Assembly: GCA_964035575.1 (NCBI GenBank)
Contig: OZ037845.1
Location: forward strand, 744,001-808,000
From: Rhynchopus sp. YZ270_cl-10
Taxonomy: Eukaryota
Length of the DNA stretch: 64,000 bases
Direction of reading: 5' to 3'
Part shown: positions 10,787 through 23,062 of the stretch, one piece after another
Numbering within the stretch: position 1 is the first letter of the stretch
Layout: each line of letters starts with the position of its first letter
Notes under the pieces: model-generated
The model's database searches: none
The model's input: only the letters and a program-made list of their open reading frames with translations
Told to the model about the DNA's origin: nothing
Program-made: the position numbers and the translations under genes

Positions 10787-12262
10787 TCAGATGCACTGTC
10801 CACGGCCCTCGCTGTCCAGCATGCAGCGCTTCTGGTCACCGCAGTCCATGAGCACACACTGGTTGAACACACAGCAGCTGGCGCCGTCAGATCCCGCAAC
10901 GCACACGTGGTCACGCGCAGTGCAGCCGGTGGAGGCTGTGCACGACGCCTTGTCTCCGCACATGGCCTGCTTCCTGCAGATCACGTCCTCGCAGCAGCCA
11001 TCCTGCTTCTGGTCAGTCACCTCCACACAGGCGCTGGTGCTTCCCGTGAGCAGTGCCAGCAGCATGTCGATTCTGCAGATGAGTGCGTCTGTGCCCTCAA
11101 CAGCGCCGTAGCCGGCAGGGCAGGAAAGCGGGGCGGGGCAGCAGGGCTCCTCGTCACGCACGCAGCACTTCTGGCACCTTGGGCCCTGGCAGGTAGGGTC
11201 AACGGTGCAGGTGTAGCCAGGCTTGCAGGCGTCAAAGCCTGTGCCACAGGTGGGGCCCTGTGCGGAGCAGAAGGAGGGGGTCGGCGGGGTCGGGGGGGTC
11301 TCCTTCACACAGGTTCCGGGTGCGTCGCACGTCGGCTCCGAGCACTGGCAGGTGAGTCCCGAAGCGCACCTGTTGTAGAAGCAGGGCAGGGTGAAGCCGC
11401 CACAGCCCGCACCCTCAGGCTGGTAGTCGACACATTCCTTTGTTGTGAGGCATGCGAACCGGTCGGGCGAAGAGGTGTCGCGTGTGGCGCGGCAGAACTG
11501 CGTGCTCGGGCAGTCTGCGTTCGTGTCGCACCCGCTCACAACAGTAGGGGCCGGAGGGGCGGTCTCCTTCACACAGGTTCCAGGTGCGTCGCACGTCGGC
11601 TCCGAGCACTGGCAGGTGAGTCCCGAAGCACACCTGTTGTAGAAGCAGGGCAGAGTGAAGCCGCCACAGCCCGCACCCTCAGGCTGGTAGTCAACACACT
11701 CCTTTGTTGTGAGGCATGCGAACTGGTCGGGCGAGGAGGTGTCGCGAGTGGCGCGGCAGAACTGCGTGCTCGGGCAGTCTGCGTTCGTGTCGCACCCGTT
11801 CACAACAGTAGGGGCCGGAGGGGCGGTCTCCTTCACACAGGTTCCAGGTGCGTCGCACGTCGGCTCCGAACACTGGCAGGTGAGCCCCGAAGCGCACCTG
11901 TTGTAGAAGCAGGGCAGGGTGAAGCCGCCACAGCCCGCACCCTCAGGCTGGTAGTCAACACATTCCTTCGTTGTGAGGCACGCAAAAAGGTCGGGCGAGG
12001 AGGTGTCGCGAGTGGCGCGGCAGAACTGTGTTTTCGGGCAGTCTGCGTTCGTGTCACACCCCTGCACAATCTGCCTGCACGTGATGGTGGTGCAGCACGC
12101 AGACGCTGTCGTGCACGTACCGCTCTGCAGTCCCTCTGGTGTGCACGGTGTCGCCGTCTCCACAAACCCAAGCGGGCAGGTGGGGTGCTGCAGGCAGCAG
12201 TTCACGTCTGCAGACGCGACAGACGCGAGCAGTGCTGACACGGTGATTGAGAGCATCTTCAT
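10787..12262 (-). CDS. Secreted cysteine-rich repeat protein, copy 4 (491 aa)
   Basis: Translation identical to copy 1. Confidence 0.9.
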   Translation of the reverse strand: MKMLSITVSALLASVASADVNCCLQHPTCPLGFVETATPCTPEGLQSGTCTTASACCTTITCRQIVQGCDTNADCPKTQFCRATRDTSSPDLFACLTTKECVDYQPEGAGCGGFTLPCFYNRCASGLTCQCSEPTCDAPGTCVKETAPPAPTVVNGCDTNADCPSTQFCRATRDTSSPDQFACLTTKECVDYQPEGAGCGGFTLPCFYNRCASGLTCQCSEPTCDAPGTCVKETAPPAPTVVSGCDTNADCPSTQFCRATRDTSSPDRFACLTTKECVDYQPEGAGCGGFTLPCFYNRCASGLTCQCSEPTCDAPGTCVKETPPTPPTPSFCSAQGPTCGTGFDACKPGYTCTVDPTCQGPRCQKCCVRDEEPCCPAPLSCPAGYGAVEGTDALICRIDMLLALLTGSTSACVEVTDQKQDGCCEDVICRKQAMCGDKASCTASTGCTARDHVCVAGSDGASCCVFNQCVLMDCGDQKRCMLDSEGRGQCI

Positions 12263-13420
12263 CTTCGAAGGGTGCTATTTGTTTGTGTGTTGTGTGCAAT
12301 GTTCCTGTCGGAATGTGGTGTGGTGTGCGAGGGGCTTGCTTTGGGGTGGTGAGGTGGTGACAAAGTAGCAAAAGGATGGGCAACACAGGGGATTTATTTT
12401 GGTTTTACTTTGTTTTCTTCTGCTGAGGATGTGGTCCTGACAAAACCTGTGGGAGGTTTTACTTTTATTTCAGGCCCGCCTTTCCCTCTTTTTGCAAAGT
12501 GCAAACAAGGGAAAAGGAGAGAGTACACACAAAAAAAAGAACCCCTCAAGACAGAGAGAAGGTCGTGCAGAACATCACACACACACAGAGCAACGGCAAA
12601 CTTGGTGCGCATCGTCGGTGCGTGTGTGTTTGCACGTGGGGGCGGGGGAGGAAAGGGAAAAGGAAAATGAAAAGCAATAAACACGATTGTTTATAGAGCG
12701 GAGAGAAAAAGTAAACAAAAAAAAAATTGAAATTGAAATTGAAAAAAAAAACAGCAGTGTGACACTGCGCCCAAAACACACATTCCGCACCGTACAGGCA
12801 CAGCTTCCCCTCTCTGTCTCTGTCCCCCGCACGATCAAGTCAACGTTCCAGTCCACACCTTGCAGGTGTGGTAGTGAAGTTGCGCACAGGGGATGATAGT
12901 TTTAAGGATGGAAGCACCGCAGACGAGGTGGTGTCTGCAGGGAAAGGGTCCTGGAAAAACATGACAAAAGAAGGACACAAAAAGGGGACACAACAATGCG
13001 AACATGGAAAATAGAAAAAGTGACATAACCGAAAAATGTGCGTTTCAAAACAACAACGTGGCCCTCAAAAAGAGGGAAATCGTCAGGTGAAAAAAAAGCA
13101 GCTGCAAAGTTGTTACTGCGAATGAGGAAGACGCAAGACAGGAGAAGAAGGATCTCATGTGTGCTGGCAGCCTCGCTTTGTCACATCCACAAAAAAGCAA
13201 CTGCTAATATAAAAGCCCGAAAAAAACGAGACCACGTTGTAAAAACGACACGATGCGAATATTTTAAAGTAGAGAAAAGAGAAAAGAGAAAACTTGAAAA
13301 ACTAGCATATGATCCCACCTGCAAAGAAAAAGTGCAGCCAAGAAAACATTTGTAAGCTGAGCACTGTCACAGTCACAGTCACAGTCACAGTCACAGCCAC
13401 AGCCACAGCCACAGCCACAC

Positions 13421-14896
13421 TCAGATGCACTGTCCACGGCCCTCGCTGTCCAGCATGCAGCGCTTCTGGTCACCGCAGTCCATGAGCACACACTGGTTGA
13501 ACACACAGCAGCTGGCGCCGTCAGATCCCGCAACGCACACGTGGTCACGCGCAGTGCAGCCGGTGGAGGCTGTGCACGACGCCTTGTCTCCGCACATGGC
13601 CTGCTTCCTGCAGATCACGTCCTCGCAGCAGCCATCCTGCTTCTGGTCAGTCACCTCCACACAGGCGCTGGTGCTTCCCGTGAGCAGTGCCAGCAGCATG
13701 TCGATTCTGCAGATGAGTGCGTCTGTGCCCTCAACAGCGCCGTAGCCGGCAGGGCAGGAAAGCGGGGCGGGGCAGCAGGGCTCCTCGTCACGCACGCAGC
13801 ACTTCTGGCACCTTGGGCCCTGGCAGGTAGGGTCAACGGTGCAGGTGTAGCCAGGCTTGCAGGCGTCAAAGCCTGTGCCACAGGTGGGGCCCTGTGCGGA
13901 GCAGAAGGAGGGGGTCGGCGGGGTCGGGGGGGTCTCCTTCACACAGGTTCCGGGTGCGTCGCACGTCGGCTCCGAGCACTGGCAGGTGAGTCCCGAAGCG
14001 CACCTGTTGTAGAAGCAGGGCAGGGTGAAGCCGCCACAGCCCGCACCCTCAGGCTGGTAGTCGACACATTCCTTTGTTGTGAGGCATGCGAACCGGTCGG
14101 GCGAAGAGGTGTCGCGTGTGGCGCGGCAGAACTGCGTGCTCGGGCAGTCTGCGTTCGTGTCGCACCCGCTCACAACAGTAGGGGCCGGAGGGGCGGTCTC
14201 CTTCACACAGGTTCCAGGTGCGTCGCACGTCGGCTCCGAGCACTGGCAGGTGAGTCCCGAAGCACACCTGTTGTAGAAGCAGGGCAGAGTGAAGCCGCCA
14301 CAGCCCGCACCCTCAGGCTGGTAGTCAACACACTCCTTTGTTGTGAGGCATGCGAACTGGTCGGGCGAGGAGGTGTCGCGAGTGGCGCGGCAGAACTGCG
14401 TGCTCGGGCAGTCTGCGTTCGTGTCGCACCCGTTCACAACAGTAGGGGCCGGAGGGGCGGTCTCCTTCACACAGGTTCCAGGTGCGTCGCACGTCGGCTC
14501 CGAACACTGGCAGGTGAGCCCCGAAGCGCACCTGTTGTAGAAGCAGGGCAGGGTGAAGCCGCCACAGCCCGCACCCTCAGGCTGGTAGTCAACACATTCC
14601 TTCGTTGTGAGGCACGCAAAAAGGTCGGGCGAGGAGGTGTCGCGAGTGGCGCGGCAGAACTGTGTTTTCGGGCAGTCTGCGTTCGTGTCACACCCCTGCA
14701 CAATCTGCCTGCACGTGATGGTGGTGCAGCACGCAGACGCTGTCGTGCACGTACCGCTCTGCAGTCCCTCTGGTGTGCACGGTGTCGCCGTCTCCACAAA
14801 CCCAAGCGGGCAGGTGGGGTGCTGCAGGCAGCAGTTCACGTCTGCAGACGCGACAGACGCGAGCAGTGCTGACACGGTGATTGAGAGCATCTTCAT
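13421..14896 (-). CDS. Secreted cysteine-rich repeat protein, copy 5 (491 aa)
   Basis: Translation identical to copy 1. Confidence 0.9.
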   Translation of the reverse strand: MKMLSITVSALLASVASADVNCCLQHPTCPLGFVETATPCTPEGLQSGTCTTASACCTTITCRQIVQGCDTNADCPKTQFCRATRDTSSPDLFACLTTKECVDYQPEGAGCGGFTLPCFYNRCASGLTCQCSEPTCDAPGTCVKETAPPAPTVVNGCDTNADCPSTQFCRATRDTSSPDQFACLTTKECVDYQPEGAGCGGFTLPCFYNRCASGLTCQCSEPTCDAPGTCVKETAPPAPTVVSGCDTNADCPSTQFCRATRDTSSPDRFACLTTKECVDYQPEGAGCGGFTLPCFYNRCASGLTCQCSEPTCDAPGTCVKETPPTPPTPSFCSAQGPTCGTGFDACKPGYTCTVDPTCQGPRCQKCCVRDEEPCCPAPLSCPAGYGAVEGTDALICRIDMLLALLTGSTSACVEVTDQKQDGCCEDVICRKQAMCGDKASCTASTGCTARDHVCVAGSDGASCCVFNQCVLMDCGDQKRCMLDSEGRGQCI

Positions 14897-16060
14897 CTTC
14901 GAAGGGTGCTATTTGTTTGTGTGTTGTGTGCAATGTTCCTGTCGGAATGTGGTGTGGTGTGCGAGGGGCTTGCTTTGGGGTGGTGAGGTGGTGACAAAGT
15001 AGCAAAAGGATGGGCAACACAGGGGATTTATTTTGGTTTTACTTTGTTTTCTTCTGCTGAGGATGTGGTCCTGACAAAACCTGTGGGAGGTTTTACTTTT
15101 ATTTCAGGCCCGCCTTTCCCTCTTTTTGCAAAGTGCAAACAAGGGAAAAGGAGAGAGTACACACAAAAAAAAGAACCCCTCAAGACAGAGAGAAGGTCGT
15201 GCAGAACATCACACACACACAGAGCAACGGCAAACTTGGTGCGCATCGTCGGTGCGTGTGTGTTTGCACGTGGGGGCGGGGGAGGAAAGGGAAAAGGAAA
15301 ATGAAAAGCAATAAACACGATTGTTTATAGAGCGGAGAGAAAAAGTAAACAAAAAAAAAATTGAAATTGAAATTGAAAAAAAAAACAGCAGTGTGACACT
15401 GCGCCCAAAACACACATTCCGCACCGTACAGGCACAGCTTCCCCTCTCTGTCTCTGTCCCCCGCACGATCAAGTCAACGTTCCAGTCCACACCTTGCAGG
15501 TGTGGTAGTGAAGTTGCGCACAGGGGATGATAGTTTTAAGGATGGAAGCACCGCAGACGAGGTGGTGTCTGCAGGGAAAGGGTCCTGGAAAAACATGACA
15601 AAAGAAGGACACAAAAAGGGGACACAACAATGCGAACATGGAAAATAGAAAAAGTGACATAACCGAAAAATGTGCGTTTCAAAACAACAACGTGGCCCTC
15701 AAAAAGAGGGAAATCGTCAGGTGAAAAAAAAGCAGCTGCAAAGTTGTTACTGCGAATGAGGAAGACGCAAGACAGGAGAAGAAGGATCTCATGTGTGCTG
15801 GCAGCCTCGCTTTGTCACATCCACAAAAAAGCAACTGCTAATATAAAAGCCCGAAAAAAACGAGACCACGTTGTAAAAACGACACGATGCGAATATTTTA
15901 AAGTAGAGAAAAGAGAAAAGAGAAAACTTGAAAAACTAGCATATGATCCCACCTGCAAAGAAAAAGTGCAGCCAAGAAAACATTTGTAAGCTGAGCACTG
16001 TCACAGTCACAGTCACAGTCACAGTCACAGTCACAGTCACAGCCACAGCCACAGCCACAC

Positions 16061-17536
16061 TCAGATGCACTGTCCACGGCCCTCGCTGTCCAGCATGCAG
16101 CGCTTCTGGTCACCGCAGTCCATGAGCACACACTGGTTGAACACACAGCAGCTGGCGCCGTCAGATCCCGCAACGCACACGTGGTCACGCGCAGTGCAGC
16201 CGGTGGAGGCTGTGCACGACGCCTTGTCTCCGCACATGGCCTGCTTCCTGCAGATCACGTCCTCGCAGCAGCCATCCTGCTTCTGGTCAGTCACCTCCAC
16301 ACAGGCGCTGGTGCTTCCCGTGAGCAGTGCCAGCAGCATGTCGATTCTGCAGATGAGTGCGTCTGTGCCCTCAACAGCGCCGTAGCCGGCAGGGCAGGAA
16401 AGCGGGGCGGGGCAGCAGGGCTCCTCGTCACGCACGCAGCACTTCTGGCACCTTGGGCCCTGGCAGGTAGGGTCAACGGTGCAGGTGTAGCCAGGCTTGC
16501 AGGCGTCAAAGCCTGTGCCACAGGTGGGGCCCTGTGCGGAGCAGAAGGAGGGGGTCGGCGGGGTCGGGGGGGTCTCCTTCACACAGGTTCCGGGTGCGTC
16601 GCACGTCGGCTCCGAGCACTGGCAGGTGAGTCCCGAAGCGCACCTGTTGTAGAAGCAGGGCAGGGTGAAGCCGCCACAGCCCGCACCCTCAGGCTGGTAG
16701 TCGACACATTCCTTTGTTGTGAGGCATGCGAACCGGTCGGGCGAAGAGGTGTCGCGTGTGGCGCGGCAGAACTGCGTGCTCGGGCAGTCTGCGTTCGTGT
16801 CGCACCCGCTCACAACAGTAGGGGCCGGAGGGGCGGTCTCCTTCACACAGGTTCCAGGTGCGTCGCACGTCGGCTCCGAGCACTGGCAGGTGAGTCCCGA
16901 AGCACACCTGTTGTAGAAGCAGGGCAGAGTGAAGCCGCCACAGCCCGCACCCTCAGGCTGGTAGTCAACACACTCCTTTGTTGTGAGGCATGCGAACTGG
17001 TCGGGCGAGGAGGTGTCGCGAGTGGCGCGGCAGAACTGCGTGCTCGGGCAGTCTGCGTTCGTGTCGCACCCGTTCACAACAGTAGGGGCCGGAGGGGCGG
17101 TCTCCTTCACACAGGTTCCAGGTGCGTCGCACGTCGGCTCCGAACACTGGCAGGTGAGCCCCGAAGCGCACCTGTTGTAGAAGCAGGGCAGGGTGAAGCC
17201 GCCACAGCCCGCACCCTCAGGCTGGTAGTCAACACATTCCTTCGTTGTGAGGCACGCAAAAAGGTCGGGCGAGGAGGTGTCGCGAGTGGCGCGGCAGAAC
17301 TGTGTTTTCGGGCAGTCTGCGTTCGTGTCACACCCCTGCACAATCTGCCTGCACGTGATGGTGGTGCAGCACGCAGACGCTGTCGTGCACGTACCGCTCT
17401 GCAGTCCCTCTGGTGTGCACGGTGTCGCCGTCTCCACAAACCCAAGCGGGCAGGTGGGGTGCTGCAGGCAGCAGTTCACGTCTGCAGACGCGACAGACGC
17501 GAGCAGTGCTGACACGGTGATTGAGAGCATCTTCAT
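16061..17536 (-). CDS. Secreted cysteine-rich repeat protein, copy 6 (491 aa)
   Basis: Translation identical to copy 1. Confidence 0.9.
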   Translation of the reverse strand: MKMLSITVSALLASVASADVNCCLQHPTCPLGFVETATPCTPEGLQSGTCTTASACCTTITCRQIVQGCDTNADCPKTQFCRATRDTSSPDLFACLTTKECVDYQPEGAGCGGFTLPCFYNRCASGLTCQCSEPTCDAPGTCVKETAPPAPTVVNGCDTNADCPSTQFCRATRDTSSPDQFACLTTKECVDYQPEGAGCGGFTLPCFYNRCASGLTCQCSEPTCDAPGTCVKETAPPAPTVVSGCDTNADCPSTQFCRATRDTSSPDRFACLTTKECVDYQPEGAGCGGFTLPCFYNRCASGLTCQCSEPTCDAPGTCVKETPPTPPTPSFCSAQGPTCGTGFDACKPGYTCTVDPTCQGPRCQKCCVRDEEPCCPAPLSCPAGYGAVEGTDALICRIDMLLALLTGSTSACVEVTDQKQDGCCEDVICRKQAMCGDKASCTASTGCTARDHVCVAGSDGASCCVFNQCVLMDCGDQKRCMLDSEGRGQCI

Positions 17537-18688
17537 CTTCGAAGGGTGCTATTTGTTTGTGTGTTGTGTGCAATGTTCCTGTCGGAATGTGGTGTGGTGT
17601 GCGAGGGGCTTGCTTTGGGGTGGTGAGGTGGTGACAAAGTAGCAAAAGGATGGGCAACACAGGGGATTTATTTTGGTTTTACTTTGTTTTCTTCTGCTGA
17701 GGATGTGGTCCTGACAAAACCTGTGGGAGGTTTTACTTTTATTTCAGGCCCGCCTTTCCCTCTTTTTGCAAAGTGCAAACAAGGGAAAAGGAGAGAGTAC
17801 ACACAAAAAAAAGAACCCCTCAAGACAGAGAGAAGGTCGTGCAGAACATCACACACACACAGAGCAACGGCAAACTTGGTGCGCATCGTCGGTGCGTGTG
17901 TGTTTGCACGTGGGGGCGGGGGAGGAAAGGGAAAAGGAAAATGAAAAGCAATAAACACGATTGTTTATAGAGCGGAGAGAAAAAGTAAACAAAAAAAAAA
18001 TTGAAATTGAAATTGAAAAAAAAAACAGCAGTGTGACACTGCGCCCAAAACACACATTCCGCACCGTACAGGCACAGCTTCCCCTCTCTGTCTCTGTCCC
18101 CCGCACGATCAAGTCAACGTTCCAGTCCACACCTTGCAGGTGTGGTAGTGAAGTTGCGCACAGGGGATGATAGTTTTAAGGATGGAAGCACCGCAGACGA
18201 GGTGGTGTCTGCAGGGAAAGGGTCCTGGAAAAACATGACAAAAGAAGGACACAAAAAGGGGACACAACAATGCGAACATGGAAAATAGAAAAAGTGACAT
18301 AACCGAAAAATGTGCGTTTCAAAACAACAACGTGGCCCTCAAAAAGAGGGAAATCGTCAGGTGAAAAAAAAGCAGCTGCAAAGTTGTTACTGCGAATGAG
18401 GAAGACGCAAGACAGGAGAAGAAGGATCTCATGTGTGCTGGCAGCCTCGCTTTGTCACATCCACAAAAAAGCAACTGCTAATATAAAAGCCCAAAAAAAA
18501 CGAGACCACGTTGTAAAAACGACACGATGCGAATATTTTAAAGTAGAGAAAAGAGAAAAGAGAAAACTTGAAAAACTAGCATATGATCCCACCTGCAAAG
18601 AAAAAGTGCAGCCAAGAAAACATTTGTAAGCTGAGCACTGTCACAGTCACAGTCACAGTCACAGTCACAGCCACAGCCACAGCCACAC

Positions 18689-20164
18689 TCAGATGCACTG
18701 TCCACGGCCCTCGCTGTCCAGCATGCAGCGCTTCTGGTCACCGCAGTCCATGAGCACACACTGGTTGAACACACAGCAGCTGGCGCCGTCAGATCCCGCA
18801 ACGCACACGTGGTCACGCGCAGTGCAGCCGGTGGAGGCTGTGCACGACGCCTTGTCTCCGCACATGGCCTGCTTCCTGCAGATCACGTCCTCGCAGCAGC
18901 CATCCTGCTTCTGGTCAGTCACCTCCACACAGGCGCTGGTGCTTCCCGTGAGCAGTGCCAGCAGCATGTCGATTCTGCAGATGAGTGCGTCTGTGCCCTC
19001 AACAGCGCCGTAGCCGGCAGGGCAGGAAAGCGGGGCGGGGCAGCAGGGCTCCTCGTCACGCACGCAGCACTTCTGGCACCTTGGGCCCTGGCAGGTAGGG
19101 TCAACGGTGCAGGTGTAGCCAGGCTTGCAGGCGTCAAAGCCTGTGCCACAGGTGGGGCCCTGTGCGGAGCAGAAGGAGGGGGTCGGCGGGGTCGGGGGGG
19201 TCTCCTTCACACAGGTTCCGGGTGCGTCGCACGTCGGCTCCGAGCACTGGCAGGTGAGTCCCGAAGCGCACCTGTTGTAGAAGCAGGGCAGGGTGAAGCC
19301 GCCACAGCCCGCACCCTCAGGCTGGTAGTCGACACATTCCTTTGTTGTGAGGCATGCGAACCGGTCGGGCGAAGAGGTGTCGCGTGTGGCGCGGCAGAAC
19401 TGCGTGCTCGGGCAGTCTGCGTTCGTGTCGCACCCGCTCACAACAGTAGGGGCCGGAGGGGCGGTCTCCTTCACACAGGTTCCAGGTGCGTCGCACGTCG
19501 GCTCCGAGCACTGGCAGGTGAGTCCCGAAGCACACCTGTTGTAGAAGCAGGGCAGAGTGAAGCCGCCACAGCCCGCACCCTCAGGCTGGTAGTCAACACA
19601 CTCCTTTGTTGTGAGGCATGCGAACTGGTCGGGCGAGGAGGTGTCGCGAGTGGCGCGGCAGAACTGCGTGCTCGGGCAGTCTGCGTTCGTGTCGCACCCG
19701 TTCACAACAGTAGGGGCCGGAGGGGCGGTCTCCTTCACACAGGTTCCAGGTGCGTCGCACGTCGGCTCCGAACACTGGCAGGTGAGCCCCGAAGCGCACC
19801 TGTTGTAGAAGCAGGGCAGGGTGAAGCCGCCACAGCCCGCACCCTCAGGCTGGTAGTCAACACATTCCTTCGTTGTGAGGCACGCAAAAAGGTCGGGCGA
19901 GGAGGTGTCGCGAGTGGCGCGGCAGAACTGTGTTTTCGGGCAGTCTGCGTTCGTGTCACACCCCTGCACAATCTGCCTGCACGTGATGGTGGTGCAGCAC
20001 GCAGACGCTGTCGTGCACGTACCGCTCTGCAGTCCCTCTGGTGTGCACGGTGTCGCCGTCTCCACAAACCCAAGCGGGCAGGTGGGGTGCTGCAGGCAGC
20101 AGTTCACGTCTGCAGACGCGACAGACGCGAGCAGTGCTGACACGGTGATTGAGAGCATCTTCAT
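18689..20164 (-). CDS. Secreted cysteine-rich repeat protein, copy 7 (491 aa)
   Basis: Translation identical to copy 1. Confidence 0.9.
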   Translation of the reverse strand: MKMLSITVSALLASVASADVNCCLQHPTCPLGFVETATPCTPEGLQSGTCTTASACCTTITCRQIVQGCDTNADCPKTQFCRATRDTSSPDLFACLTTKECVDYQPEGAGCGGFTLPCFYNRCASGLTCQCSEPTCDAPGTCVKETAPPAPTVVNGCDTNADCPSTQFCRATRDTSSPDQFACLTTKECVDYQPEGAGCGGFTLPCFYNRCASGLTCQCSEPTCDAPGTCVKETAPPAPTVVSGCDTNADCPSTQFCRATRDTSSPDRFACLTTKECVDYQPEGAGCGGFTLPCFYNRCASGLTCQCSEPTCDAPGTCVKETPPTPPTPSFCSAQGPTCGTGFDACKPGYTCTVDPTCQGPRCQKCCVRDEEPCCPAPLSCPAGYGAVEGTDALICRIDMLLALLTGSTSACVEVTDQKQDGCCEDVICRKQAMCGDKASCTASTGCTARDHVCVAGSDGASCCVFNQCVLMDCGDQKRCMLDSEGRGQCI

Positions 20165-21322
20165 CTTCGAAGGGTGCTATTTGTTTGTGTGTTGTGTGCA
20201 ATGTTCCTGTCGGAATGTGGTGTGGTGTGCGAGGGGCTTGCTTTGGGGTGGTGAGGTGGTGACAAAGTAGCAAAAGGATGGGCAACACAGGGGATTTATT
20301 TTGGTTTTACTTTGTTTTCTTCTGCTGAGGATGTGGTCCTGACAAAACCTGTGGGAGGTTTTACTTTTATTTCAGGCCCGCCTTTCCCTCTTTTTGCAAA
20401 GTGCAAACAAGGGAAAAGGAGAGAGTACACACAAAAAAAAGAACCCCTCAAGACAGAGAGAAGGTCGTGCAGAACATCACACACACACAGAGCAACGGCA
20501 AACTTGGTGCGCATCGTCGGTGCGTGTGTGTTTGCACGTGGGGGCGGGGGAGGAAAGGGAAAAGGAAAATGAAAAGCAATAAACACGATTGTTTATAGAG
20601 CGGAGAGAAAAAGTAAACAAAAAAAAAATTGAAATTGAAATTGAAAAAAAAAACAGCAGTGTGACACTGCGCCCAAAACACACATTCCGCACCGTACAGG
20701 CACAGCTTCCCCTCTCTGTCTCTGTCCCCCGCACGATCAAGTCAACGTTCCAGTCCACACCTTGCAGGTGTGGTAGTGAAGTTGCGCACAGGGGATGATA
20801 GTTTTAAGGATGGAAGCACCGCAGACGAGGTGGTGTCTGCAGGGAAAGGGTCCTGGAAAAACATGACAAAAGAAGGACACAAAAAGGGGACACAACAATG
20901 CGAACATGGAAAATAGAAAAAGTGACATAACCGAAAAATGTGCGTTTCAAAACAACAACGTGGCCCTCAAAAAGAGGGAAATCGTCAGGTGAAAAAAAAG
21001 CAGCTGCAAAGTTGTTACTGCGAATGAGGAAGACGCAAGACAGGAGAAGAAGGATCTCATGTGTGCTGGCAGCCTCGCTTTGTCACATCCACAAAAAAGC
21101 AACTGCTAATATAAAAGCCCGAAAAAAACGAGACCACGTTGTAAAAACGACACGATGCGAATATTTTAAAGTAGAGAAAAGAGAAAAGAGAAAACTTGAA
21201 AAACTAGCATATGATCCCACCTGCAAAGAAAAAGTGCAGCCAAGAAAACATTTGTAAGCTGAGCACTGTCACAGTCACAGTCACAGTCACAGTCACAGCC
21301 ACAGCCACAGCCACAGCCACAC

Positions 21323-23062
21323 TCAGATGCACTGTCCACGGCCCTCGCTGTCCAGCATGCAGCGCTTCTGGTCACCGCAGTCCATGAGCACACACTGGTT
21401 GAACACACAACAGCTGGCGCCGTCAGATCCCGCAACGCACACGTGGTCACGCGCAGTGCAGCCGGTGGAGGCTGTGCACGACGCCTTGTCTCCGCACATG
21501 GCCTGCTTCCTGCAGATCACGTCCTCGCAGCAGCCATCCTGCTTCTGGTCAGTCACCTCCACACAGGCGCTGGTGCTTCCCGTGAGCAGTGCCAGCAGCA
21601 TGTCGATTCTGCAGATGAGTGCGTCTGTGCCCTCAACAGCGCCGTAGCCGGCAGGGCAGGAAAGCGGGGCGGGGCAGCAGGGCTCCTCGTCACGCACGCA
21701 GCACTTCTGGCACCTTGGGCCCTGGCAGGTAGGGTCAACGGTGCAGGTGTAGCCAGGCTTGCAGGCGTCAAAGCCTGTGCCACAGGTGGGGCCCTGTGCG
21801 GAGCAGAAGGAGGGGGTCGGCGGGGTCGGGGGGGTCTCCTTCACACAGGTTCCGGGTGCGTCGCACGTCGGCTCCGAGCACTGGCAGGTGAGTCCCGAAG
21901 CGCACCTGTTGTAGAAGCAGGGCAGGGTGAAGCCGCCACAGCCCGCACCCTCAGGCTGGTAGTCGACACATTCCTTTGTTGTGAGGCATGCGAACCGGTC
22001 GGGCGAAGAGGTGTCGCGTGTGGCGCGGCAGAACTGCGTGCTCGGGCAGTCTGCGTTCGTGTCGCACCCGCTCACAACAGTAGGGGCCGGAGGGGCGGTC
22101 TCCTTCACACAGGTTCCAGGTGCGTCGCACGTCGGCTCCGAGCACTGGCAGGTGAGTCCCGAAGCACACCTGTTGTAGAAGCAGGGCAGAGTGAAGCCGC
22201 CACAGCCCGCACCCTCAGGCTGGTAGTCAACACACTCCTTTGTTGTGAGGCATGCGAACTGGTCGGGCGAGGAGGTGTCGCGAGTGGCGCGGCAGAACTG
22301 CGTGCTCGGGCAGTCTGCGTTCGTGTCGCACCCGTTCACAACAGTAGGGGCCGGAGGGGCGGTCTCCTTCACACAGGTTCCAGGTGCGTCGCACGTCGGC
22401 TCCGAGCACTGGCAGGTGAGTCCCGAAGCACACCTGTTGTAGAAGCAGGGCAGAGTGAAGCCGCCACAGCCCGCACCCTCAGGCTGGTAGTCAACACACT
22501 CCTTTGTTGTGAGGCATGCGAACTGGTCGGGCGAGGAGGTGTCGCGAGTGGCGCGGCAGAACTGCGTGCTCGGGCAGTCTGCGTTCGTGTCGCACCCGTT
22601 CACAACAGTAGGGGCCGGAGGGGCGGTCTCCTTCACACAGGTTCCAGGTGCGTCGCACGTCGGCTCCGAACACTGGCAGGTGAGCCCCGAAGCGCACCTG
22701 TTGTAGAAGCAGGGCAGGGTGAAGCCGCCACAGCCCGCACCCTCAGGCTGGTAGTCAACACATTCCTTCGTTGTGAGGCACGCAAAAAGGTCGGGCGAGG
22801 AGGTGTCGCGAGTGGCGCGGCAGAACTGTGTTTTCGGGCAGTCTGCGTTCGTGTCACACCCCTGCACAATCTGCCTGCACGTGATGGTGGTGCAGCACGC
22901 AGACGCTGTCGTGCACGTACCGCTCTGCAGTCCCTCTGGTGTGCACGGTGTCGCCGTCTCCACAAACCCAAGCGGGCAGGTGGGGTGCTGCAGGCAGCAG
23001 TTCACGTCTGCAGACGCGACAGACGCGAGCAGTGCTGACACGGTGATTGAGAGCATCTTCAT
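21323..23062 (-). CDS. Secreted cysteine-rich repeat protein, copy 8 (579 aa, 4 repeats)
   Basis: One extra repeat (second repeat type duplicated). Confidence 0.9.
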   Translation of the reverse strand: MKMLSITVSALLASVASADVNCCLQHPTCPLGFVETATPCTPEGLQSGTCTTASACCTTITCRQIVQGCDTNADCPKTQFCRATRDTSSPDLFACLTTKECVDYQPEGAGCGGFTLPCFYNRCASGLTCQCSEPTCDAPGTCVKETAPPAPTVVNGCDTNADCPSTQFCRATRDTSSPDQFACLTTKECVDYQPEGAGCGGFTLPCFYNRCASGLTCQCSEPTCDAPGTCVKETAPPAPTVVNGCDTNADCPSTQFCRATRDTSSPDQFACLTTKECVDYQPEGAGCGGFTLPCFYNRCASGLTCQCSEPTCDAPGTCVKETAPPAPTVVSGCDTNADCPSTQFCRATRDTSSPDRFACLTTKECVDYQPEGAGCGGFTLPCFYNRCASGLTCQCSEPTCDAPGTCVKETPPTPPTPSFCSAQGPTCGTGFDACKPGYTCTVDPTCQGPRCQKCCVRDEEPCCPAPLSCPAGYGAVEGTDALICRIDMLLALLTGSTSACVEVTDQKQDGCCEDVICRKQAMCGDKASCTASTGCTARDHVCVAGSDGASCCVFNQCVLMDCGDQKRCMLDSEGRGQCI